The notes below the pieces were generated by a model. That model did no database searches and had not been told where the DNA came from. It was given only the letters and a program-made list of their open reading frames with translations. This document shows, piece by piece, positions 14,901 through 26,200 of a stretch of DNA of 64,000 nucleotides (positions within the stretch are counted from its first letter, which is position 1; each line of letters starts with the position of its first letter). Both the position numbers and the translations under genes were made by a program. The DNA lies in assembly GCF_036588685.1 (NCBI RefSeq), contig NC_086375.1, forward strand, positions 79,050,001 to 79,114,000, read 5' to 3'. This stretch comes from Mytilus trossulus (lineage: Eukaryota).

Positions 14901-17900
14901 TTCCTCTGTGGATGTACATTTTGTTTGATTTTCATCAGTATTTATAATTGTACCAATAAAAAAACAATATTATGTGATGACCCCCCCCCCCCCCCCCCCC
15001 CCTCTGTAATCATACTACGGTGATAAATGATTTGATATCCTTTACGAATACGTTTATCATTAAAAGACAACTTTCAACCAGAGACCAAATGCTGAAGTTA
15101 TAGATTTTTGCAAATGAAATAATAGTTTTATTATTGTTAAGTGAAACCTTTTAAATATTATCATATTCATGTGTATGATTTATAAAAGGAAAACAATAAA
15201 TTCATATTGCCAAGAGGTAGGTCCATTTTCCCTGCATTTATTTTACACCAGAGCTCTATTTAGGCAGCAACCATTTGATTTTCGGGGGGGGGGGGGGGGG
15301 GGGGCTATGGTTTTTTTTGGAAAAAATAGTTTGTTTCCATGTTTTGGACCCTGAGAAAAAAAAAATGTTTGTTTCACCCTCAGCTGCCACTATATGTAAT
15401 GCTAAAATTGAAAGAAAAAAATTGTTTTCAGTTTGTCGCTAAAAAAATAGATAGTTCTTCGTCGAAGGCGAAAAAAAAAGTTTGCACAGAAAAAAAAACC
15501 ATAGCCCCCCCCAGAAAATCAAATGGTTGCTGCCTTATGATTAAAAAAACTTCTCCATTTTTTATTTAAATTTATAGTACCTTAGATCAGCTTCATATGT
15601 GCTCAATAACTCGGCACCAACTATACCAGGCTTATCATTTTGTAAAATTGTACAGAATGTCTAAATGACAAAAGATGACAATTCTTAGGTATTTCTACAT
15701 ACAGGTAGTCTACCATTTTGGTCATGTTGATTTATTTGTAGATCTTTCTTTTACAGAACGTTATTGCAGTTTACAATTTATCTCTTTCTATAAAAATATT
15801 CAAGATAATAACCAATAAACTGCTTACTGGGCAGCTGGATACGACCGCAGAGGTCGAACCCTCCACAGTTTGAGGCAAAAATGGACACAATATTCAAGAT
15901 TGATACAGGTCCGAATTAGGATAATAATTTAATATTTGACACATTATAGGTTTCTAACACAGAATAAATGTAGTTAAAGAACTTGAAATTAATTATATAA
16001 TTTGAATTTATATTCAATGGAAGATTTCTTGCTTTGGTGTAGTACATTGTGCTGTTGTGCAATACTTAGTAAATCTATTTTCAGAATACATGTATATACA
16101 ATAATTAGCAAAATAAATTGTGAGCCCCATTTTTCATTGAAAAATTCCGAACTTCTTAAATCTTGAGGAAAAAAACTGACCAATTTTTATTTTTTTTTAC
16201 CGACCAAAATTTCTTTTGGTAAAATGTGGAATAAAAGACATCAATACACCCAAACACAAGTTATTGTCTGCAAACTAGAAAAATGCTTGTCTTACACTTT
16301 TTTACTCTTTTTTCATAAACAGTTTGGGCAATGAATCCAAACCTTCTACTTGTGGTATTGAACCTCCTGGTACATTTTGTACATTTCAGAGCAATCAAAA
16401 TACATGAACTGACATTGTATACACAATTTCTTATCCTGAAACTAGAAAATACTTGTTTTGGGCCCCTTTGGGTCCCTAATTCCAAATGGTTGGGACCATC
16501 ACCCCAAACAACAATCCCAAGCTGCATTTTGTGGTATTGAACCTTTTTCTCATATTTTATAGAGTTCAATACACTTAAACTAATGTAATTGTCCAGAAAC
16601 CAAATGTCATATAAAAACTGCAATATTTTCGAAAACTAACCAATTCAGGGGCAGCAACCATACTACAGGTTACCTGATTTGTCTGAAAATTTCAGGGTAA
16701 ATTGATCTTAACCTAATGAACATTTATTTTGACCTCTTGTCAGATTTGCTCAAAATGCTTTATGCACATAAATGGGAAAAAAATCAAAAAGAAATTGACC
16801 ATATTTATAACCTTATTAAATAAATTTGCTGCTATCATTTCATCAGTCATTCATGTAGAGATAGTGCAACTATCAATCATTTTAAACTTACACAACAATG
16901 TATTTAAGTTGAAGGAAAATTAAATACTTCTCAACTTACTTGCCGCATAAAAATCATGGGGTCTGTTTTTTAAAATATGAGTTGGACATGCAGTCTATTC
17001 AATATTGAAATTAATTGCACAAGACTTCTAATTATTAGTTTAAAATTTGGAATTTAATTATTATGTTGCTTTTGTTGAAACTTTCCCTTTCGTCACAAAC
17101 ATTAAGTTGTATTTTAATACTATTATAGGCAAATACATTTTAAGAAATCTACACTACAGTTTTCAAAAAACTTTCAGTTTAATGTCATCATTTTAAAATA
17201 TATAGATGTATATATAATAATATCTCAATCATGTATATTATATAATGAAATTTTTAATTTTTTGTTGATTTTCTTGTACTTATATGTACCAAATGATAAT
17301 CATAAGAACTGACAACACTACCATGATTTCTGGTTATTTGGGCATGGGATGAATCTCCCTTCAAGTCTGAATAATGAAATCTTTTTTTCCTCATACCAAG
17401 ATCATCTTATATTGTATTATATTTACACCTTTGACCACAGAAAAATCTATACTTCTGATTACAAATGTATGTACATACATGTAGGTACATGTATATATAA
17501 TATAATTAATACATGTACTTTAATACGCTCACATATATTTGATTGTCACTCTTCAGTTTGCAATTAGTTAACACATATTTTCAAAAAACAATTTCAGCTG
17601 CTTTGGTGCCATTGAGTTAGACACTTGTTGGCAACCTTAAGCTAATGGAGTCATTTATTCTATGTACATGTATTTATCATATACTCTTTCAGTGACACAA
17701 ATCTATTGATCATGAAAAATATACAATGACATGAATGATCAAATCCAAGCATCTGCACCCAACAAGTTTTACTAATTTGAAAATCAAAAAGGAAATTTTT
17801 GCTCTTAATGTGGAAGATATAAGTATTCATTTAAGGAATGACTGTAATATTTTTTCTGTCTATGAAGAAATAACATAAAAAATTTGGTGCACACTGAATA

Positions 17901-18440
17901 ACGTAGTGGGTTATTTAACAGTGTGCACCACATTTTTTATGTTATTTCGAATAGACAGAAAAAATATTAGTCATTTCTTTTAATTTAATTCTAAATTCCA
18001 TTTTAAACCATAGAAAACGATGAAAAAACGTTGATGACGTCACGGTCACATGACTGAATTATGTCTATTGGCTCATAACAAAATAACGTCAGCCAATTAG
18101 GAGACGGGTTACTATATATGGTAGAAATGGACATCAACATATTGATCTCTTTTGACTGCTTTGAAAAAGTAGAGCTCCCTGAATTATTTGAAACAAGTTT
18201 GATGTATACTCATGTTACAGACATACATGTAGATCTACAAAATGTAAATATCTATGTACATTTGTACAGTATACTATACCTGAAGAAGACTAAATTGCTG
18301 GACACACTGCTTCTACATGAATATCCCAAATCAAATGTGAGTGTGGGGCCATTGGTTTTAATGACAACACACGTTTCTACTCCTGAAATCGACCATGGAA
18401 AAACTGAATAGTTCCCAATCTTCAACCACTCATCTGTCAT
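11932..18440 (-). CDS. TRZ1: tRNase Z short form, TM-type (plant TRZ1-like) metallo-beta-lactamase ribonuclease, 293 aa
   Basis: Exons 18440-18280, 13733-13526, 12945-12753, 12251-11932 (882 nt, in phase). Motifs: WSISGVETC, FDLG, SHGHMDH (HxHxDH), THRCPSQGY, KL-motif KKLKEEFVGKPSQEI, AYTGDT, TEAT, GHLH, LIHFS. Confidence 0.93.
15262..15535. mobile_element. MITE with long TIRs (Kolobok-like ends, tentative), in tRNase Z intron 1
   Basis: AGGCAGCAACCATTTGATTTTC(G)nCTATGGTTTTTTTT ... AAAAAAAACCATAG(C)nAGAAAATCAAATGGTTGCTGCCT. Confidence 0.8.
17833..18112. repeat. Dispersed hairpin-containing non-autonomous element; second copy inverted at about 57430-57736
   Basis: Internal imperfect palindrome of about 120 bp (tttttctgtctat...ggtgcacactg/cagtgtgcacc...atagacagaaaaa); the two copies align in opposite orientation. 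Confidence 0.7.
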
Positions 18441-19679
18441 CTTGGTCTTGTATTTTGTTTTGATTCGAACAAAAGTTTTGTTGTTGACGGAAAAACTTGA
18501 GACTTTGTTTTGAGCGGTTCTACTTGAAAATATTGAAAAGAATTGAGTACTGTCTGTGAGACATGTTCTTACAACATGCCCTGAAATTTTGCAGGAAGTA
18601 TTTGAAATCATATGTAATTATTATTTCTATGTACAAATGTAAACAAACAAAAATCAAATCGACAAATCTAGAAACCTTCCGATTTAGGGCGCGAATAATA
18701 TAAAAGTCATTCCCGAGTATTAAATTTCATGTTCAAGTTCCGTGTTTTGTAGAATTTTGACATTTAATGTGTATATAAAAAACAAACTATATTCTTGATT
18801 GAAGTTAATGTTATTCTACTTTGCCACATTAGGCCGGTGAGATAACTGAGATACGGTTACGGTATCTTTTATAATAGAAAGTGTTATGAATTTAGCTATT
18901 TCAATATGTAGCAATAAAAATCTCAGTTTTTTTTTGTTATCCGAGGCCATTTTATAAGAACATTAAAAATCGTCTTTCCTGTGCAAGCCTTTATATTATA
19001 TAAATATCGGTACTAGTATTTGTTGTGATTAATGTGTAATTAGAGAATAACGACCCACAACTGGACAAATATGGTTTATTGCGATGAAGTTATAGCACCG
19101 GGTAAGAAAATTCATCCTTTTGTAGCACCCACATTTATAAGGAGCACGATTATCTTCTTTAACACTCAATAGTGGTCAGCTGCGATTTTGAGCTTAAATG
19201 GCCTGGCCTTGAAGTCATAAATCTTTTGAGTCATTTTTTTTTGGTACTCATACTCCAAAATCGACTAATCAGGCAAAATGCTGAATTTCATGTTTCGGTC
19301 ATTATTTTTGTGCTCCGAGCACTGATCAAAGATTTATGACTTCAACCCCTGAAGGTCATATGAGCTCATTATTATCCATCTGTCGTAGTTTGTTCTCCGG
19401 TGTCAGTCGTAAACTTTTTCAGAGATCTTCACATCTTAAACTACTGAACAGAGTTTAAAAAAACTTGGGGTGGTTGATCCCAAGTCAGTCAACAAACATG
19501 GCCACCATGGCTCAGATAAAACAAATGGGTTAAATGCATTGATTGCCTTATGACTTGAAAGTCGTAAAAGGTAAAGACAATCTAGCTGTGGCATAAATGC
19601 TCAAAACATCAAATTAAACCATCTTTCTATTTTCACCAACATTATGAATGCATAATGTGTTATTACCCTTAACAAACTA

Positions 19680-20130
19680 TTTATATGCCCAACTACGATA
19701 GTAGAGGGGCATTATGTTTTCTGGTCTACAGGTACATCCGTTCGTCCATCCGTTCGTCCGTCCCACTTCAGGTTAAAATTTTTGGTCGAGGCAGATTTTG
19801 CTTAAGTTGAAGTCCAATCAACTTGAAACTTAGTACACATGTATATATTTTTTTCTAATTTTAATGCCAAATTAGAGTTTTGACCCCAATTTCAAGGTCC
19901 ACTGAACATAGAAAATGATGGTGAAAGTTTCAGGTAAAGGTTTTTGATCAAGGTTGTTTTTGATGAAGTTGAAGTCTAATCAACTTGAAACATAGTACAC
20001 ATGTGCCCTATGATATGATCTTTCTAATTTGAATGCCAAATTAGAGTTTCGGACCCAATTTCACGATCCACTAAACATATAAAATGATAGTGCGAGTTGG
20101 GCATCCGTGTACTATGGACACATTCTTGTT
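19680..20130 (+). mobile_element. Helentron-associated HINE (DINE-1-like) with two central repeats of about 160 bp
   Basis: 5' ttatatgccc..ggggcat, (tccg/tcgt) microsatellite, duplicated gaagttgaagtc..caacttgaaac..tagtacacatgt unit, 3' gggcatccgtgtactatggacacattcttgtt hairpin end. Confidence 0.7.
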
Positions 20131-20440
20131 TAATTTATTTCATGTATTTGACCAATATATCAAAAACTATAATTAAGACTGAATTTTGCATCGCGATGAC
20201 CTTGAGGTAATTCCTATGTATTGCTATCGCATATATTTATATTGTGTAAATTAGTTTTGGATTTGCAACCGATCTATAAACATGATAAATACGCTATCAA
20301 TAAACGAGTGCAAAATAACATTCCTTATCGTTTGATATAAATAAATCTCTTCAATGAATACTGATAAACATATTTTTGTTTACAGCATAAGTTAATGATA
20401 TGGAAATGTTTTGTAGTTAGATATATATTTTTTACTTATA

Positions 20441-20920
20441 TATAAGTACGTCTGAACTAGTGACAACTTTACAACTGATTTTTCCATCGGATCACCAGCA
20501 GTGATGGTGATACATGGCTGTGTACATTCTGTATATACAACTCGTCTAAACATCAACCCGACAATGTTAGATCTGTAAATTTACTTTTGCATTTATTTTT
20601 GTTCATCCCTCACCGGGATTCGAACCCATGCTACTGAAATATCGTGACACCAAATCGCCTGCAATATAACCGTCGGGCTAGACCACACCACCACATGGGC
20701 TTCATAAAAATGAAGCTTTCGGTGGCCCGGTGTTACCTTTCCACGTCAGTTTTAATCTAGCGTCGTACTTCATTTCATGATATATAAGGCATGGAGATGT
20801 TATTTTTACAGATCAACTAAATTATCTATAATAAAGGATCCTACAAATCAATGTAAGATACAGTCACAGAAATAATTTTATTTATAAGTACGTCTGAACT
20901 AGTGTTAACTCTACAACAGA
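20441..20920 (-). mobile_element. tRNA-Leu-derived 442-bp SINE-like element, copy A (about 1.08-mer)
   Basis: A/B boxes on the minus strand (plus strand ggattcgaacc at about 20616-20626); terminal direct repeats at 20441-20478 and 20883-20920; flanked by TA runs. Confidence 0.8.
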
Positions 20921-20936
20921 ATATATATATATATAT

Positions 20937-21414
20937 ACATTGTTGGGTTGATGTTTAGACGAGTTGTATATACATTATGTACACAGCCATGTATCACCAT
21001 CATTGATGGCGATCCGATGGATACATCTGTTGTAGGGTTGTCACTGACTCAGACGTACTTATGAATATAATTATTTTCTGTGACTGTATCTTACATTAAT
21101 TTGTAGGATCCTTTACTATAGATAATTTAGCTGATCTGTAACAATAACATCTTCATGCCTTATATATCATGTACTGTAGTACGCCGCTAGATTAAAACTG
21201 ACGTGGAAAGGTAACATATGGCCACCGAAAGCTCTTTTATATGAGAGCCCAGGTGGTCGTGTGGTCTAGCGGGACGGCTGCAGTGCAGGCGATTTGGTGT
21301 CACGATATCACAGTAGCATGGGTTCGAATCCCGGCGAGGGTAGAACCAAAAATTTGCGAAAGCAAATTTACAGATCTAACATTGTTGGGTTGATGTTTAG
21401 ACGAGTTGTATATA
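20937..21414 (+). mobile_element. tRNA-Leu-derived 442-bp SINE-like element, copy B (about 1.08-mer, different permutation)
   Basis: A box TGGTCGTGTGG at about 21254, B box GGTTCGAATCC at 21321-21331; identical 36-nt direct repeats at 20937-20972 and 21379-21414; (TA)n on both sides. Confidence 0.8.
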
Positions 21415-23224
21415 TATATATATATATATATATAAACGAGTCTAAATTGAAAACTACGTTCAAATATATATATATATAAGTAAAAAACATTGATAATATC
21501 AATGCAAACGTACGAAAAATATATCAAATATATCAATGTATATTAAACACAGTTTCAGGTAAAGAGATATGTGATTTTTTTCTGTGACTAGTGCTTTTGA
21601 CCATCCACAAGAACTTGTTGTCATCCGATGTTCAGTACTTCAGTACTTTGATTAAATTTATGACGTGTTTTGTTCTGTTGTAATACACTACTGTCATAGG
21701 TGAGCGTGAAGGTTACAACGTTTAGACCCGCGCTGCATTTATATGCACCTGTCCGGAGCCTGTTGTTCAGTGGTTGTCGGGGTTCATAGGAGTTTCACGT
21801 TTGTTATATACATTACACCAATGGTTTTCCTGATGAATTGTTTTACACTAGTAAATTTTTGATCCTTTACAGCTTAAAAGTAGGTGTGAGCCAAGTCTCC
21901 GTGGCGTGTTGAGGGTCGATCTTTGATCTATGATTGTTAACTTTTATACATTTTGACTTAGATGAAGAGTTGTCTCATTGGCACTCATGCCACGTCGCTT
22001 TGTTTAAACTAAAAGTTTTATTACTAAAGTACTTGCGTTTGGCTTTGAATTTTTGTATGGGGTGTATAAATTCCATGTTTTTGTGCTTTGTATCTATCCG
22101 ATGCGTTGAGCTTTTTTCAACTGATCTTCATAGTTTGTTCTTCTATTTTACTGTTACACAACTGTCCTACAATGTGGGAAGTGTTTGGTCCAGAAAACAT
22201 GTTTAACCTCGTCACATTCTCTATGTGCATGTCCAAAGTCTGTCTATAATGCAGTTGTTGTCGTTTCAACGGTTACATTATAGTTGTTTATATATTAATA
22301 AACCAGGCCATTTGTTTTCCCAATTTATTTACCCTAATTTGTCATCTGGGCCCTGTCCGTCATGGGTTTTGCTCATTGCTGAATGACTTCGGTGACCAAT
22401 GTTTGATAACTTCTACCATCACAGTTTTTATGAGAATACTTAGACAGTAGGCTCATTAGATATACTCATTGGAAAAATGTATGCCCTATCTGTAATTGAG
22501 GTTGTCATTGGTTCATGTCTGTCATGTTAGTTTTTCGTAAATTATTAAAGGATTAAACACGTTTGTTCTATATAGGTTATCTATGTGTTTCTTTTGTAGG
22601 CTACTGACAAACCGTGACATCCCGAGCTTCGATGTAAGAAAATAGTACAAAATTGAATCCAGTGTATATTTGTTATTCTCGTCGGATTATGTCTAATGCT
22701 TAGTTCGTTTCTGTATGCGTTACATGTTTTAAATGTTGTGTCGTTATTCTCCTCTTATATTTAATGCGTTTTCCCTCAGTTTTAGTTTGCTAACTCGATT
22801 TTGTTTTTGTCCATCGATTTACGAGTTTTGAACAGCGGTATACTACTGTTGCCTTTATTTGAACATTTGCCCGTTGGTGTTATTTCTCATGTTTAAATAA
22901 ATGTAGTTTTATATTAATAATAATGTGAACAGACTTTCTTTGGTATAGACAGTTGTCTCATTAGCAATCGAATGGTATATATTCATTTTTGTAAATTTTT
23001 GTAAAAAAGATAACTATTTGTCATGAAAAGAAAACAGTTTAAGCAACTATTTGTTTTTCTGTGGAAAACTCTTTTAAATTATTTTATTGTTCATGTAAAG
23101 GAAAGGTTAATGCCTACTAAAGAACAAGTCAGCATGCACTTTCGAAACACCATGTTAATATTGAACCCGTTAAATGATCACTTTTGAATATCATGCCATT
23201 TCAATGGCAAACCAACCAATAAAC

Positions 23225-26200
23225 TCAAGCAGTAATGAATTCATACAATGGCATTCTGTGATCTTCTTCATCTAGTCCATAGATAACAATCCTTTCACCC
23301 ATGTTTGGCGTTTCAAATGTAAAATCCCAATATTTTTTGCCAATTCTTTTGAATTTGTGCTTTCTTACCATCACGGCAATCATATTTTCACATGTTATCT
23401 TTATTGTTATGTTCTTATTACATGGCAAGATTTGGCTGAGAGGCTGAATCAAGTGGCATTTTAATTCTCTAGCATGGCGCAGAGTTCTAGGATATGGATA
23501 ACAAGGTTTGGACGGACGTACGCAGTTTATCAAGCAATTGATAGCCTCCCTATAGTTTCCCTTATCATTTTTGAAAGACAGTGTAAGTTTATAGTATCCA
23601 CTTTTAGGAAATTTAACATTCACTACCATTGATTTTGGAATTGCCTGTATCATAACAAAATCGTCCATGTTCGGTATTTCTCCATGTGAATATGTCAGTC
23701 TTGCTGTAACATCGACGTCGTAATCGACTGGAATTAAAAGGTCAATGAACCCGTCATGTACTTCATAGAATGGTCGTATGTCGGCACCTTTACTAATTCC
23801 AAAGTCGAGATATCCATGAACCGGGCCATAATACCCATAGTACTCTGGATAAGGATCAAGTCGGCGCTCTATTTCTCTACACCGTACAAAATATTCATTA
23901 ATCAAACTGAGTACTTTGTTGTCTGAAGATGTAGTTGCGAATAATTTAACGCTATAGCCGCCAACTTTTGGAGGACGAATTATGGCCTTGAACGCATTGT
24001 CATATGGACCGTTTAGTACAATAGCATGATGTTGCAGCATATTACCATCAATGTCCATCAAATAAACTGACGTGTCACATAATTTGACAAGGTCTGTTTT
24101 GAAAATTACAACTAATTCCTTGGTACAGTCAATTACTGCAGACTTGTGGCTTTCATACTCAATACCCCATTCTAAAGATTTATTTGTTGGTTTTATGTTC
24201 AAATTGAATGTTTTCAGATCAATTGATTTTGGAAGCAACTGCCATAATTTGCTTTCATCCACTTCTGGGTCAAAATATGGGAAGTGGGTAAATATCATGG
24301 TTTCTGGGTCCGGTAAAAAGTAGTTTTCATTATAACGCCAAACAAATCTCTTATTTTTATCGATATATCCCGCTCCCCATGTACACTCCATGAAATGCCA
24401 TTCGTCGTCGACATACACAGCATTCCATGTGTGATTAATCGATCCCCTATAATTAAATCTCTTGGCTGGAGTGTGTCCAAAGCCTTTGGCAAATCCCGGA
24501 ATTATTTTGGCATGTATGTTTGAACAGCTGAAATGAAAAAAGTAAGAAATGAAAAAAGTAAGAAATGAAATGTAATTATACATGCCTTTGTATATAGGAG
24601 TATAAGGTAAACAGACTACCCATTTCCTTTTGCAACTTTATCCAACTTATTTATGCAAATGCAATTTTCAATTGATTATTCGTCATAAGCTTTACAGCCA
24701 GTAAAAAATTGACCAAATTCATTATCACAACTGCTTCAACCTTTTAATTAATGTTATTTTCTGCCGAATGAAATAGAAAAAAGAACGATGATGAACTTGA
24801 ATTTAATCAGGCTTACTTGCAGAGTTCAGCGAACAGATTGGCATAGCCTTCACATACTGACACCTTACATTTCATTACAGTCAGTGCATCCACTGGTCGA
24901 CTCCTTCCACTAAAGTGGGACTCCGTATCGTAGCTAAAATAAATGTAGGGTTTTTTAATGTTAAAGAACCAGTACTCACAGTTTAGTTACAATTGTGTTA
25001 ATATATCTTGCTGTAACTGACCCAAGTAGGGAAGATCGTCCGAGATTGTCTTCATATTTCAATTCGGATTTAGTGTTTGGTGTGAATGGAAGACATTTAT
25101 TCTCACAATGTTTTAAGGCTTCATGTTTTCAATGTTTTCTTTTTTAAACTCTTGTTGTCTGTTATATCGTGTTATTTGGTTGTTGTATCGTTAAAGCATT
25201 CCCGCCTCCTTTTTTAAATATCCACATTTCACTGAACTAAAAGCGTATGTTGACATTTGTCAGAAGTTGCTAGGTATCAACTGAAAATATACCTATTTGA
25301 TAACCTAACATTTTTTCTTCCCACCGATTATGCTAAGTGCAGAACGCTTTTTTTGCTGTTGCAAACATTTAAATTGATTACTTACTGTACATTGTTAGTT
25401 ATCCAGATATAAAACGCCCGGATCTTCTCCAAGTCACTGACACATTCTCGTCTCAGATACTGGGCAAGTTTTAAAACAGTTGGTTCTTTATAGTTTGGTG
25501 CCTGTCATAATAAATGTTATGACCCATAATAATAACATGTCATGATGGAATTAGCGGATCGAAAAACTAATTTCTAAAAATTATAATAAAGATTTCAAAC
25601 TACCGAGAAAATTTACCAATGAAAGCTGATTCATTGACAGCATAGTATTCAAGAGGCATATAATGTCGGACTGAAATGTACTTGCATTATTTTCGTAGTA
25701 TTGATATATAATAGAAAAACAAAAATATGGGGTGTCTGTCAATGACACAAAATCAGTAGATGTACACAAAAAAAACACACACACACACAAAAGAAAAGAA
25801 AAGGAACGGCGTTCGTATTGCTGATCTTCATCTCAATGTCACAGTGAGGCATTGTACACGCAGCAAACATATAACATGTATTTTTCTCTTGACTGAATTA
25901 TAACATTTTAGTAAAACAAACTTCAAATACATGATTAGTTTGCTAACAAAGCAGACACACAAGCAAACAACTTCGAAAATTTCTGTTAAAAAGAACAAAC
26001 TGGTATTTTGCATGATACTGGAAATTCCTACAAAATCAGCCTCGAATATTTTTGGTTTGGGAGTGTTGCATTGTCTCGGGAGAATTTAACTTCAAAAGTT
26101 TAAACGGTTCCGTTTTTGCCAAAATATCCCTCGTCGGTTATAATTCTATTAGCAAGACCAACCGTATTATCCAAGAGATTAAAATGTTTAGGGACTATGT

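Noticed and set aside
21198-21252. Canonical hammerhead in the 442-bp element (CTGACG...GAAA)
   Set aside because: A9 is U, there is no NUH triplet (GCC instead) and no stem I; an alternative long-range pairing fits better.
21246-21340. Functional tRNA-Leu gene
   Set aside because: A/B boxes are present, but the acceptor and anticodon stems do not form a proper cloverleaf, and it is embedded in a repeated element.
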